In this document: positions 1 through 10,673 of the stretch, piece after piece
Layout: each line of letters begins with the position of its first letter
Numbering within the stretch: the first letter of the stretch is position 1
Virus record (IMG/VR): IMGVR_UViG_3300040758_000214
Location: 32,001-96,000 of that record
Source: a virus
Reading direction: 5' to 3' (one strand)
Length of the DNA: 64,000 nucleotides
Position numbers and translations under genes: made by a program
The notes under the pieces: generated by a model
The model's database searches: none
What the model saw: the letters and a program-made list of their open reading frames with translations, nothing else
Told to the model about the DNA's origin: nothing

Positions 1-183
1 AAGTGCTTCCCCATCTCCTCTTATAATTTCTTTAAACACTTCTTTAATTCCATCATCTGTCTCATCAAATATAATTTTTAAATCTTCAACAAATGTTGGT
101 CTTAAGGATGTCAAGAAATTAGTAAATTTATCTATAGATAATTTTTCTGAATGATGTTTCTCAAAATCAATAACTTTTCCCAT
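1..183 (-). CDS. hypothetical protein (partial, runs off window start)
   Basis: ATG at 183 just after the stop of the nucleotidase gene; frame open to position 1 (MGKVIDFEKHHSEK...). Confidence 0.6.
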   Translation of the reverse strand, partial: MGKVIDFEKHHSEKLSIDKFTNFLTSLRPTFVEDLKIIFDETDDGIKEVFKEIIRGDGEAL

Positions 184-185
184 AA

Positions 186-764
186 TTAATCCCTATTATA
201 AGCTTCTAATAATTTTTTATCAACTTCCTCTAAATTCATTCCATTATATTTAATGACATTTGGATGATTAAAAGATATATTTCTTTTATTTACAGGCATT
301 ATTACTAAACCTCTTGGTCTATACTCCAACCAATTCAAAATATATTCTGGAAAATCATCTACTAAAACTCTCCCGTATACTAATCCTTTATTATGAGTTA
401 TCGTCACTCCATCAATATAATCTTTTAAATGTGTATTACACCAATCTATTTTTTCAGACCATGCATGACTTTTACTTGAAGGACCTTTTGTTAAAATTGA
501 AATATTAAAACCAATAATTTTACATGCATCTAAAATATCCCAGCCAAGTCTTAATCTATTTAATTTTGACCACCATCCAACTTGTTTAGTTATCATTTGT
601 CTTCTAGCTTCTAAATATGAAGGCATATGCATATAATTAAATACTTCTTCAACCTCAGGTTCCCAATATGAATGTAATTTTTTTAAGTCTAATAATAATT
701 GTCCATCATAATCTGCTAAAGTTCCGTCTAAATCAAATAATGCTATTTGTGGATGTGGATTCAT
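186..764 (-). CDS. HAD-family 5'(3')-deoxyribonucleotidase (NT5C-like)
   Basis: Motif I FDLDGTLADY, 'AWSEKIDW', motif IV VLVDDFP. Confidence 0.8.
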   Translation of the reverse strand: MNPHPQIALFDLDGTLADYDGQLLLDLKKLHSYWEPEVEEVFNYMHMPSYLEARRQMITKQVGWWSKLNRLRLGWDILDACKIIGFNISILTKGPSSKSHAWSEKIDWCNTHLKDYIDGVTITHNKGLVYGRVLVDDFPEYILNWLEYRPRGLVIMPVNKRNISFNHPNVIKYNGMNLEEVDKKLLEAYNRD

Positions 765-779
765 TTTATATCCTTTCTT

Positions 780-1847
780 CTAAATTTCTGGAATTGGTCT
801 ACTGAAAAATTTAATATCATTAAATTGTGATAAATCACTACTTGCAATAAGACTTCCATGCCCTTTTAAATTAATATGAAATCCATATATATTTTCATAA
901 GGAAACATATTTATAATTTCAGTTGCTTCTTCTAATGCACCACATGGAATCTTAGAATGAGTAAATGGTGCATTTTTAATATAAACATGACTATGAATCA
1001 TATAATTTATATTTTTATAAAAGTTATATAATGATAATTGAATAGGTGAATCTACAGATGGTTTATGTTCCCCATAATATTCAACTATTGCTGAATTAAG
1101 ATTACATGCGATAAATCCTTTTGTTGATAAATCTCTTTTATCTATATTTCTTTTAGATACAAAGACTTTATCTTTTACTTTCATAGATGGGAATCCTCTT
1201 TCACATCTATAAGATGCATTACCTAAAAATCTAGATGTGTTTAATCCATGAATTAATTCATGAAATTCATTTGCATATTCATTAATTATTTCAATAAATT
1301 TTGCATTTTCGGGGCTTGGTATTTTAAATGAATCTCCAACTTTTATACTGGGAATCCTATGAAAACTGAGTAATTCAACAATTCTATTAAATAATGAATA
1401 AACTACTTTTTCTATATTAACTTCATTGATTATAAAACAATTTCCCAATGGATCTAATATTGTAACATTTATCATATTAGTTGTACTTTGCCAAAACTCT
1501 ATTATCAAATTAGATTTGGTTTGTAATGCTCTACTAATAATATCCATACAATTATATTTATTATCTCTATTATTTTTAGAAGTAACTAAAATACAAGTTG
1601 GATTCTTTTCTTTAATTTTATTTACAATTTTTTCTTCTTCATTTGGAACATTAGGAAACCATAAAATTACGTCATAAAGTACAAAGTTATTTGAATTTAT
1701 AATAGATTCTAAATTAAAGAAAAATCCTCCATTAAAATAATCAAACCAATTAAATTTTAGAGATATTGAATCAATAACTTTTTCAATATAATGTGATGTT
1801 TTTCCTCCTTTTCTATCAAAAGTACCTCCAATTAATAATATTCTCAT
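780..1847 (-). CDS. class II aldolase/adducin-domain protein with N-terminal extension
   Basis: C-terminal KPSVD...IHSHV...LKGHGSL metal-binding pattern of class II aldolases. Confidence 0.65.
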   Translation of the reverse strand: MRILLIGGTFDRKGGKTSHYIEKVIDSISLKFNWFDYFNGGFFFNLESIINSNNFVLYDVILWFPNVPNEEEKIVNKIKEKNPTCILVTSKNNRDNKYNCMDIISRALQTKSNLIIEFWQSTTNMINVTILDPLGNCFIINEVNIEKVVYSLFNRIVELLSFHRIPSIKVGDSFKIPSPENAKFIEIINEYANEFHELIHGLNTSRFLGNASYRCERGFPSMKVKDKVFVSKRNIDKRDLSTKGFIACNLNSAIVEYYGEHKPSVDSPIQLSLYNFYKNINYMIHSHVYIKNAPFTHSKIPCGALEEATEIINMFPYENIYGFHINLKGHGSLIASSDLSQFNDIKFFSRPIPEI

Positions 1848-1860
1848 GCTTACCTCTAAT

Positions 1861-2433
1861 TCATAGTAATTTTAAATGCCCCGTTATTTTATCTATTTCT
1901 TCAGAATTAGCCGGACCAATTGTTATACAAGTATTAGTAGGAACACCATGGAACTCTGTAGTTCCATTATCGGTTATAAGAATACAAGGAAGATCAGCTA
2001 GTTTTGCTAAACTATATAATTTTAATAATTCAACTTCACTATCACATTGCAGGCATACTTTAGCAAAAGATTCTTCAAGCCATTCGACCATTTCTTTAGT
2101 TAACCTAAAAGTTACATCCACTTCTTTATAATCATTTTCGTCTATACTATTAATATATATTCTTTTTTTATCAATTATTCTCCGTGTAAAAATACCTAAA
2201 GCTGCATGTTGCCCTTGTGAATTTTCCTTCCCACGTCTCATTTTAAGATCTTTGCGGATTACAGTTACCATCTTAATATCATAATGATTTTTATTAACTA
2301 ATTCACATTTAGCATCTTTATCCATTGGACATTTATTACATTCTCCATCCTGAAAAAGATGAGGCTTAGATCCTCCACAATTAATTGCTTCATCACATTT
2401 CAATCGTTTGTTACATTGATATAAATCAGTCAT
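1861..2433 (-). CDS. pth2: peptidyl-tRNA hydrolase Pth2 family with Cys-rich N-terminal extension
   Basis: VIRKDLKMRRGK..SQGQHA, KVCL, DNGTTEF..TCITIGP, IDKITGHLKLL are the Pth2 signature. Confidence 0.9.
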   Translation of the reverse strand: MTDLYQCNKRLKCDEAINCGGSKPHLFQDGECNKCPMDKDAKCELVNKNHYDIKMVTVIRKDLKMRRGKENSQGQHAALGIFTRRIIDKKRIYINSIDENDYKEVDVTFRLTKEMVEWLEESFAKVCLQCDSEVELLKLYSLAKLADLPCILITDNGTTEFHGVPTNTCITIGPANSEEIDKITGHLKLL

Positions 2434-2606
2434 AATTAATTATCCTTTACTAAATTTTTATTTAAAGTCTTACGATACATTCCTTTAATTTTATGACTGG
2501 AATTCATCCATATTCTTTTTCCTTGTTTAAAATTTATTGTAGTTCCACCCCATATTTTTCTAATTAATTTAACAGATCTTCCTCTCATGGTATTCTCCTT
2601 TTCAGT

Positions 2607-2831
2607 TTAATAAATGTGTTCACCATCATTTAACTCATCACATGGCAATTCTTCTTGAAATGTATCTAATTTTTTAGTTGATATAAAAGCAGAACCATGA
2701 CTATGATTAAAACAATGTAAATGAGCTTTTAATTTAGCAATTAAATAAAAGTGACTTTGTCCTACTAACCGAGTATGATCTTTTCCCCACCTGTCATAAA
2801 AAGGAGTTAAATCTCCATATACATAATACAT
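2607..2831 (-). CDS. hypothetical protein
   Basis: ORF in a tightly packed minus-strand run. Confidence 0.55.
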   Translation of the reverse strand: MYYVYGDLTPFYDRWGKDHTRLVGQSHFYLIAKLKAHLHCFNHSHGSAFISTKKLDTFQEELPCDELNDGEHIY

Positions 2832-2833
2832 AT

Positions 2834-3220
2834 TTAATCTCCTAATAGATAGATTTCTAAATCATAATCATCTACAAAACCACTTTCCCAATCTCTAGAT
2901 ATGTTTACCATACGAACTGAATAAAGTTTCTCATTTTCTATTTCTGGAAATATAACATTTCCACATGCAATACTTTCATTTATATCATCCATTAACCACA
3001 TACAATTAGAACATCCAGGACAAGATTGTCTTTTTAATAATCTTATCCCTTGTCTTAATTCCACTCTATTTTTAACTTTGAATAAACTTTTATAACCTTT
3101 GAAAACTAATCCAATACATGAATTAGAAACTACAGTTACATCAAATATTAAATTATCCATAAATTTATCCTGTAATAAATAGTGATTTAACTTGACTTTG
3201 ATGTAATTGAATAGTTTCAT
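2834..3220 (-). CDS. hypothetical protein with CPGC-x2-C motif
   Basis: ORF track; SCPGCSNC motif. Confidence 0.6.
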   Translation of the reverse strand: MKLFNYIKVKLNHYLLQDKFMDNLIFDVTVVSNSCIGLVFKGYKSLFKVKNRVELRQGIRLLKRQSCPGCSNCMWLMDDINESIACGNVIFPEIENEKLYSVRMVNISRDWESGFVDDYDLEIYLLGD

Positions 3221-3340
3221 CTACATCTAATCTCAAATCATAGCTCATTAATATTTCTTCTTCTGTTTCTAAAAATTCAGGAATTATTAAATAAATAAGA
3301 GATTCATTATTCTTGTTCATGTTATATTCTCCTTATAGGT

Positions 3341-3586
3341 TTAATCCCAACCTCTTTCTTTGGGAATTAATTTAACTATTTCTTTTAAGTTTATAGCAAA
3401 TGACCCTTCAATAGTTAAGGTATATTTGTCATCATTTAAATTAGTCCATGAAAAGTTAACATTTCCTTCACTTATTAATTCATTTACTAAATTTATTAAT
3501 CTCTTATGATCTTTTATTTTAATTTCAAGTTTAAAATCAAGAGGCGAATCTGTTACACTCTTATCCGTAGATTTAGATTTTGACAT
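3341..3586 (-). CDS. hypothetical protein
   Basis: ORF overlapping the upstream gene, with RBS. Confidence 0.55.
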   Translation of the reverse strand: MSKSKSTDKSVTDSPLDFKLEIKIKDHKRLINLVNELISEGNVNFSWTNLNDDKYTLTIEGSFAINLKEIVKLIPKERGWD

Positions 3587-3875
3587 TATTATTTTCCTTT
3601 TTTAAAATGTATTCACCCATTCTACAATTAGTATTTTTACTTTGTTCAATTTGGCCATGAGAATAACACGGAGTTTTCTTATACCATTTATAATCATGGA
3701 TTCTACATGAATAATTCCCAGGTTTATCTCCTATTAAATGTTTACATGCAACTCTTTCACCTGAATGAAATGTAATATTATCTTTCTTAAGTCCTTTTTC
3801 TGGATCATTAACTATCATTACACATAAATTTATACAACAATATCCACATCTTAGACATATCATTATATCCTCCAT
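3573..3875 (-). CDS. YkgJ-like cysteine-cluster (Zn/Fe-S) protein
   Basis: CLRCGYCC...CKHL...CRIH...PC pattern. Confidence 0.65.
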   Translation of the reverse strand: MEDIMICLRCGYCCINLCVMIVNDPEKGLKKDNITFHSGERVACKHLIGDKPGNYSCRIHDYKWYKKTPCYSHGQIEQSKNTNCRMGEYILKKENNNVKI

Positions 3876-3917
3876 GCTTTATATTTTTCATCTAGTTCTT
3901 TGAATGATTGATAATCA

Positions 3918-4160
3918 CTATGGATTTGATAAGTTAATGCTCTGAGATATATAATTAATGACTTTTTCACAACATTTTTCATGAATGATACAATTTGGAA
4001 ACATAACATAATTATTAAATACTAAATAAATTGTTTCTCCTTCTTTAATAATATTATTACATAAAGGACAATAATATTTCGCATTATAAGGAACTTTACA
4101 TGAAACCATTTTTTTATACATACAAAATGATCCATCTTCAAATTTAACAGTTTCTGTCAT
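3918..4160 (-). CDS. small Zn-finger-like protein
   Basis: CPLC...HEKC. Confidence 0.55.
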   Translation of the reverse strand: MTETVKFEDGSFCMYKKMVSCKVPYNAKYYCPLCNNIIKEGETIYLVFNNYVMFPNCIIHEKCCEKVINYISQSINLSNP

Positions 4161-4273
4161 AAATTGGTCCTTTTTTTATAAATAGAGTATCACAATTACT
4201 ATAAGTGTTTGTATAATCATAAATGATAAACCAAGTCCTTGAATTCCAATATTTTCAAACATTATTTCTCTCC

Positions 4274-4675
4274 TTATTTAAAAAATCTCCAAAATTCTTC
4301 TGGTTCGAATTTTTCAGCCATTCTCACTTGTTCTTTAGCTTCTTTAATTTGTTTATTCATTACCTTTTTATCACCTTCTAAAATATCTTTTCTTACATCT
4401 TCTATTGTGGATCCAACAAAAGCTCCAGTTTCACTTTCTGCAACATAAGTTTTTCCTTTAGGTGATATAATCAAGTAACCTTTCTTTCCTTTTCCTAAAT
4501 CAAAGATTTGATTGTCATTAATTTCTATTTCAGTTTTAATTGGTCGATGAACTTTTCCGCCCATAGTAAAAGGAAAATAACCAATTGACCAGATTGTAAT
4601 TTTCTTTTTTTCATTACCATGCATTGGTTCGAAACATGTTCCAGAATAATCTACACTCATAATTAATCCTTTCAA
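4274..4675 (-). CDS. hypothetical phage protein
   Basis: ORF track; the real start is probably the ATG a few codons in. Confidence 0.6.
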   Translation of the reverse strand: MKGLIMSVDYSGTCFEPMHGNEKKKITIWSIGYFPFTMGGKVHRPIKTEIEINDNQIFDLGKGKKGYLIISPKGKTYVAESETGAFVGSTIEDVRKDILEGDKKVMNKQIKEAKEQVRMAEKFEPEEFWRFFK

Positions 4676-4677
4676 TT

Positions 4678-4977
4678 TTAAAATGGTAATTCTTTAATAA
4701 ATAAAATACTCACCTTGTCAGAATTTGTATCTTTAGCAATTTTATTTCTCATCCATTCAAAATCTTCATAATTTTTAATTAATATATCTTTTTCTTTACC
4801 TGTTCTTGATATAATAACATTATGGTATTTAAATTTAGTACTTCCATTATTTTGTGAAATATAAGTAATCAAATATTTTTTAGTTACTTCTTGATTCGAT
4901 GAATAAATTGCTAAACTTAAAAATAAAAATATTAGTAAGAATACACAACATATTGCTATTAACTCTATTTTTTTCAT
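4678..4977 (-). CDS. membrane-anchored hypothetical protein
   Basis: N-terminal hydrophobic helix. Confidence 0.6.
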   Translation of the reverse strand: MKKIELIAICCVFLLIFLFLSLAIYSSNQEVTKKYLITYISQNNGSTKFKYHNVIISRTGKEKDILIKNYEDFEWMRNKIAKDTNSDKVSILFIKELPF

Positions 4978-4995
4978 ATATTCCTTTCTTTATTC

Positions 4996-5826
4996 CTATT
5001 CCATAATCACATAAGGTTTGGATTGTTCAAGAAATCTTAGAACTTTTATTAAATCAAATTTTTCATTACTATGTGATCTTACTAAGGTTTCTACATCAAT
5101 CCACATTTTCAAATCTTTTATAACAGACCAATTAATATCTTGACTTTTAAGCTTAGCCATTTTTTCTAGTAAACTATAAAAATTATTTACAACCTTTGAT
5201 ATTTTTTCTAATTCACCATTTACATTATCAGGAGATAATCCACCTGCAAATCCTATTGGCATTGTTGTTGAAATTAAGTTACCATTTGAATCCATTGGTA
5301 ACTTCCATTCAACAGGAAGTATTCCTGCTCCATGAGATAAATCATACAAAGCTGAAACATTTAGATTTTTATTTAATGCTGCAATCAATGGTTCATTATT
5401 AGCTTCATCAAATTGAAATATTATTTGTTGACTAATTGTATTAACTGCTTTTATAATTTGTGAAAATCTATCAATATTACAATTATGTTTCACTCCATGT
5501 GTGTTTAATTGCCATCTATTTGCAATAAGACTAAAATTTCTTGGAACATCTAAGCTGATCCATCTTCCTAAGAATATTTGTTCAACCCATTCTCCGCATA
5601 AATGACCTGACACATTAATTGCTTTTTCAGATTCTAAACATAACTCAGAAAACTCTTCTATCCATTTTGTTGAGGGGAATCTTCTTCTATATCTGGTTGA
5701 ATTTTTTGATTGTAAGATTCCCCATTCAACATATGGAAATTCTCCAGAAATTTGTATTAAATCTTTTGGATTTATAGAGTCATCAGCTCCTGTGATTGTA
5801 ACCTTATTTAAAAATTGTTTATTCAT
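4996..5826 (-). CDS. TrpF/phosphoribosylanthranilate isomerase-like TIM-barrel protein
   Basis: LYDLSHGAG, GFAGGLSPDNV and WIDVET resemble PRAI C-terminal motifs. Confidence 0.65.
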   Translation of the reverse strand: MNKQFLNKVTITGADDSINPKDLIQISGEFPYVEWGILQSKNSTRYRRRFPSTKWIEEFSELCLESEKAINVSGHLCGEWVEQIFLGRWISLDVPRNFSLIANRWQLNTHGVKHNCNIDRFSQIIKAVNTISQQIIFQFDEANNEPLIAALNKNLNVSALYDLSHGAGILPVEWKLPMDSNGNLISTTMPIGFAGGLSPDNVNGELEKISKVVNNFYSLLEKMAKLKSQDINWSVIKDLKMWIDVETLVRSHSNEKFDLIKVLRFLEQSKPYVIME

Positions 5827-5934
5827 TTATTTATCCTTTTCAAAAATATTTACAAAATAAATATCCACAAATACATATACCAATACATACACTTATACAC
5901 TCTAATAAATGTTGTAAATTAGGCCCTATTTCTA

Positions 5935-6204
5935 TCATCTTTTATTCTCCCTTTCAGTAAATAATTCACATCCTCCATGATGATGAGAAATCATTCCGTT
6001 ATTATTCAATTCTATATTATGCTCTACAATACAACAATATATTCTGGTTGTGTGAGTACATCTATTATTATCAATCCAAGGATGAGAAAATAACTCAATA
6101 AGACTTGAGCATATACAACAACATTCTTCTCCCATACTTGTATTTTTTAATTCATTTAATCCAATATGGCATACAGAATTATCTTCTACTCTATAATCAA
6201 TCAT
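5935..6204 (-). CDS. Cys/His-rich hypothetical protein
   Basis: ORF track. Confidence 0.5.
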   Translation of the reverse strand: MIDYRVEDNSVCHIGLNELKNTSMGEECCCICSSLIELFSHPWIDNNRCTHTTRIYCCIVEHNIELNNNGMISHHHGGCELFTERENKR

Positions 6205-6232
6205 TAGATTTCCTTTCTCGATACTTTTTATT

Positions 6233-6247
6233 TAGAACAAATATTAA
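6233..6247 (+). promoter_or_regulatory. putative phage late promoter TAGAACAAATATTAA
   Basis: Recurring intergenic motif, directly upstream of the RBS (AAGGAG) of the GIY-YIG gene. Confidence 0.55.
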
Positions 6248-6259
6248 AGGAGACTTAGA

Positions 6260-7051
6260 ATGAAACATACAATATATCAAGTAACAAATTTAATTGATAA
6301 TAAAATTTATATAGGTAAACATAGTACTAATAATATTAATGATTCTTACTTAGGATCAGGTGAATATTTGAATCGAGCAATTAAAAAATATGGCAAAGAA
6401 AATTTTAAAAAAGAAATTCTTTATATTTTTGATACAGAAGAAGAATCATTATTAAAAGAAATGGAAATAGTCAATAAAGAATTTGTATCTAGAAAAGATA
6501 CCTATAATGTAACATTAGGTGGTCGGGGTTCATTTTTTCATTTAAAAGGAATTCCAAAATCAGAAGAAACTAGAAAGAAAATAGGTGATTCATTCCGAGG
6601 AATTCCTAGACCTAAGGAAATTGGTGATAAAATAAAAGCTTCATTAACTGGTAGAAAAAGATCAGAAGAAACCAAAGAAAAACTTAGAAAACCTAAATCA
6701 GAAGAACATAAATTAAAAATGTCAATTAATAGAAAGAATATGAATTTAACTGGAGAAAGAAATCCATTTTTTAATAAACAACATTCTGAAGAATCTAAAA
6801 TTAAAATTGGGAATAGAGATTATTCCAAACAAAGTGGTAAAACCCATTATTTATCTAAAACTTATTTATTAATTTCTCCAAAGAATGAAGAATTTATTTT
6901 ATATGGAGGAGAAGTATCTAAATTCTGTAAATCAAATAAGTTGAGTGAGTCATTGCTTAGAAAGAATATAAATAAATCAGTTAAAATTAAAAATATCCAT
7001 AATTGTAAATATCCAAATACAGAAGGATATTCTTTAAATGTGATGGTCTAA
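6260..7051 (+). mobile_element. free-standing GIY-YIG homing endonuclease with NUMOD3 repeats
   Basis: TIYQVTN..KIYIGKH, YLGSG, YNVTLGG; repeated (H/K)SEE(T/S)K NUMOD3 motifs; opposite strand to neighbours. Confidence 0.9.
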
Positions 7052-7546
7052 AATAGGTTTATCTTTTAATTTAGCTATAATTTGTTCAAAAGAAAAAGGA
7101 TAATAATTATTACAATCTACACCAACATCCATTGATTTACCAATTCCCTCCAATTGACCATGACTATGACCATAGGTATGAATTGATCCATAGTGTGATC
7201 TATTCCAAACTCTATGCGCATAGTGAGACATATAAATATATTGATCATTAATTTTTGTAAAATAAGTATCTTTTACGAATTGAAATCCTGCAGTATAAAC
7301 ATCTTTGGAATCATGATTTCCTAATATGAGGATCCAACATCCCGACAATCTTTGTAAATATTTTTTAGGATCTTTCCATGCAAAATCCCCAAGACAATAT
7401 ACTATATCGTTAGATTTAATCATTGAATTATAGTTTTGTATAAGTGTTTCATCATGTTCTTCTATTGTATCAAATGGGCGACAATGATGCTTAATTATTA
7501 AGTTAGAGTGTCCCATGTGACAATCTGATGTGAACCATGTATTCAT
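7034..7546 (-). CDS. calcineurin-like metallophosphoesterase
   Basis: FTSDCHMGH, LGDFA, LGNHD, HYA, YGHSH motifs. Confidence 0.9.
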   Translation of the reverse strand: MNTWFTSDCHMGHSNLIIKHHCRPFDTIEEHDETLIQNYNSMIKSNDIVYCLGDFAWKDPKKYLQRLSGCWILILGNHDSKDVYTAGFQFVKDTYFTKINDQYIYMSHYAHRVWNRSHYGSIHTYGHSHGQLEGIGKSMDVGVDCNNYYPFSFEQIIAKLKDKPILDHHI

Positions 7547-7713
7547 AAAATTGTTTTAACTCCTATTTCTAAACCACAATCTGGATTAGGACATTTATAG
7601 ACATTACATTTTAATTCTGGCTTATAATCTTTCTTTATCATCAAATGATGACATTTAGTGCAATCAGGATGTCCTTCTATCCATCGTATATCTTTCTTTT
7701 CAAATACTTTCAT

Positions 7714-8031
7714 TTATACATCCTCTGTAAAAAAGGTATTAATCCAACAAATTTTTCTTTGCATCATTCCTACTTGTGTTGGTAAATCTTGATCTCCCCA
7801 ATTATATAATGATTCCATAATGGAATCAAATGTTTCTACATCATCTACACTGTATTCAAAGTCTAATGCAATAATCTCTAAATCATTATCCCTTTCCTTT
7901 TCAAAGAAACTTGATTCTTTAATAACTTTAGCAATTCTTTTTCCAGCTTCTTTTACATCTATTTCATCACTTTCTAATTTTTTCCAAATATCTTTTATAT
8001 TTAATTCATATCGCCAATTTGCCATAATCAT
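7714..8031 (-). CDS. hypothetical phage protein
   Basis: ORF track. Confidence 0.6.
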   Translation of the reverse strand: MIMANWRYELNIKDIWKKLESDEIDVKEAGKRIAKVIKESSFFEKERDNDLEIIALDFEYSVDDVETFDSIMESLYNWGDQDLPTQVGMMQRKICWINTFFTEDV

Positions 8032-8086
8032 TCCTTTCTAAAATAAAGCAATTATTGAAATATACACTTTTCATTATTTTTATCAA

Positions 8087-8320
8087 TCATCTACATAACT
8101 TTTCTAATTCAAGTCTCATTTGTTGCCTGATTCGATTTCCATCTTTGCTATTGAATTTGAGATATTCTCTTACAAATTCTTTAAGGTTTGAAAGTTCTAA
8201 TTCTTTCTTTATTAGATCATCATAATCTTTTTGAGGGAGTATAATAAGATATTCTTTATTACTTACTCCTAGATCTTTACCTAAAATAGCTCCAATCATT
8301 TTATATTCCTCTCTATACAT
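8087..8320 (-). CDS. hypothetical protein
   Basis: ORF track. Confidence 0.5.
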   Translation of the reverse strand: MYREEYKMIGAILGKDLGVSNKEYLIILPQKDYDDLIKKELELSNLKEFVREYLKFNSKDGNRIRQQMRLELEKLCR

Positions 8321-9012
8321 ATTTGAGTTATAAATTCATCTTTATCTAAATTATAAGCAACCAAACATCCACACCCAACTTGAGATTTATAATTATTCAA
8401 GGCAGTAAAACATCCATTATCCAATCTTATATAATATTTTTCATGATTGATAATCTGATTAATAGGAGTTATTGTATGACCAACGATTAAAATTTTACCA
8501 CATAATTTAGATTCATCAATATTATTATTAGACATCCATAGATGATTACATTTCAAAAATCCTAGATTTGAATCTTCTATTATTCTTTTAATAGGATCAG
8601 TATATATAAAAGCTAATCCTCCATGAACTAAAATAATATCTTCTGCGATTAAATATAAAGGAAGATTTTTAATCCAAGAAATATAAAAATCAGGAATTTC
8701 TCCGCTAAAACTTTGTATTGTATTATATCCACCATTATCAATCCACCAACCTAATTCTTGAGTGTCCTTAGATTGATCATAATCACATACCTCTAATAGC
8801 ATTGATTCGTGATTACCCATAATAGATAGCCAATCATATCCTTCTAATTGTTTATTAATAATAAAGTCAAGGACGGCTTTACTATTAGGACCTCTATCAA
8901 TTAAGTCTCCAACAAATCTTACTGTATCTTCTTTAGACGGATTTATCTTTTCAATTAAGGCTTTAAGAGTTTCGATACATCCATGAACATCACCAATAAA
9001 AATACGATTCAT
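8296..9012 (-). CDS. Ser/Thr protein phosphatase (lambda PP/PrpA-like)
   Basis: IGDVHG, GDLIDRGP, GNHE, VHGG, GHT, LDNG motifs. Confidence 0.9.
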   Translation of the reverse strand: MNRIFIGDVHGCIETLKALIEKINPSKEDTVRFVGDLIDRGPNSKAVLDFIINKQLEGYDWLSIMGNHESMLLEVCDYDQSKDTQELGWWIDNGGYNTIQSFSGEIPDFYISWIKNLPLYLIAEDIILVHGGLAFIYTDPIKRIIEDSNLGFLKCNHLWMSNNNIDESKLCGKILIVGHTITPINQIINHEKYYIRLDNGCFTALNNYKSQVGCGCLVAYNLDKDEFITQICIERNIK

Positions 9013-9165
9013 ATTTATCCTTTATAAAATTTAATAAGATGAACTAAAAATGTAACACCATAAAAAATTGAGGCAAATAAAATAGTATCTTTATAACGTC
9101 TTAGAACATTTAATTCCCACCATAAAAGAAAAAATATAGTTCCCCAAATAACAGAAATTGGTATA

Positions 9166-10530
9166 TCAATTGACATTGGATTTCTCCTCATAAAACTCTT
9201 TAATGATTTTTGTTAAATCTTCTTTATTATTCAATTCTGGATTTTCTAAAACTTGGTCCATCAAATAGTTTAAAATTTCACCTATTATTTTACTGGGTTT
9301 AATATTTAGAATTTCTTGAATATCATTGCCGTCTAATTCTAAATCATTAAAACATCCAACTTGATTAGGTCTATTAACTTCAATTTTGAACATTCTATTT
9401 AATTTCTTAGTTTTATAAAATCTTTTTTTCTTATCAAGATTATATCTTCCAGATGTATCACAAAAATTTACTCTTAATAAATCTTTATAATGTAATGACC
9501 TTTCATTTAATATTCTTAGAATTCTTCTTATACATTTTTGAGTTAATTCATCTGGAGGCATAACTCTCATATGTAAATCTGTTAATCCGGTAATAAAATT
9601 AATCTCTTTAGAACTAAATGTTAATTTTAATAATTCTTCTTTTAATTGTTTAGCCCCTATATGAGCATGATCTAAAAAGAAATAATCATTAGTTCTTGGA
9701 TTTATTTTACATACTAAAGGTTTTCCTACATCATGTAAATAAGCAGATAATTTAACTAATTTATTTTTTATTGGAGCACTATCTCCACTTAACATTAAAT
9801 GTGTAAAAATATCTTCTACATGATGTGGGCCATGAGGATGATTATAACATGAAGTCATTGATGGAAATATATGTTCCAATCCCCCTATTGAATGTAATGA
9901 TTCAAAAAATATTGATGCTTTTTTTATTTCCATTGCCTTAAGAATTTCAAGTCTAATTCTTTCAGGATTAACATGAGATTCAATAGTACTTGAATATTCC
10001 TTTAAAGCTTTAAATGTTTCAGATTCAAATTCTCCATCAATTTTTGCTTTAAATCTACATGCTCTAATAATCCTATTTGGGTCTTCAAATATTCTTTTAT
10101 GAGGATCTCCAATAAATCTTATAATCTTTTTTTCTAAATCTTCTCTACCATTATGATAGTCAATTATTTTATCTTTAATTGGATCATATGCGATAGAATT
10201 TATGGTTAGATCTCTCCTTGCCAAATCTTCTTGTAAGGATGGAGTAAAATTAATTTGAACTGATTTATCATCTAATCCATTATATTCATCTGTTCGATAT
10301 GTAGCAACTTCAATATCATTAATTAATAAAACTCCAAAACTTTTTCCCACTTCTTTTATACTACATTTATAATTTTTGAAAATTGAAGATATTTCATCTG
10401 GAGTTGCATTTGTAACTATATCATAGTCCTTAGATTTTAAACCTAAAATCATATCCCTAACACAGCCTCCTACGAAATAAACTTCAAATTTATTAGTATG
10501 TAAAATTTTAATTATTTCAATTGCTGTCAT
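9166..10530 (-). CDS. cca: CCA-adding tRNA nucleotidyltransferase / poly(A) polymerase family with HD domain
   Basis: VGGCVRD..DYD, DLARRDLTINS, EDPNRIIRACRF, ERIRLE, LHDVGK. Confidence 0.9.
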   Translation of the reverse strand: MTAIEIIKILHTNKFEVYFVGGCVRDMILGLKSKDYDIVTNATPDEISSIFKNYKCSIKEVGKSFGVLLINDIEVATYRTDEYNGLDDKSVQINFTPSLQEDLARRDLTINSIAYDPIKDKIIDYHNGREDLEKKIIRFIGDPHKRIFEDPNRIIRACRFKAKIDGEFESETFKALKEYSSTIESHVNPERIRLEILKAMEIKKASIFFESLHSIGGLEHIFPSMTSCYNHPHGPHHVEDIFTHLMLSGDSAPIKNKLVKLSAYLHDVGKPLVCKINPRTNDYFFLDHAHIGAKQLKEELLKLTFSSKEINFITGLTDLHMRVMPPDELTQKCIRRILRILNERSLHYKDLLRVNFCDTSGRYNLDKKKRFYKTKKLNRMFKIEVNRPNQVGCFNDLELDGNDIQEILNIKPSKIIGEILNYLMDQVLENPELNNKEDLTKIIKEFYEEKSNVN

Positions 10531-10673
10531 TTTATTATCCTATTAAATATTATATGCTATCAAAAATCCACCAATAAAACATCCTAAATTATTTCCAAAA
10601 ATTGCATTCTCTCCATTTTTAAAATCATCTATTATTAGAAGAATTCCTATTAATATACAAATTGTTCTGATGA

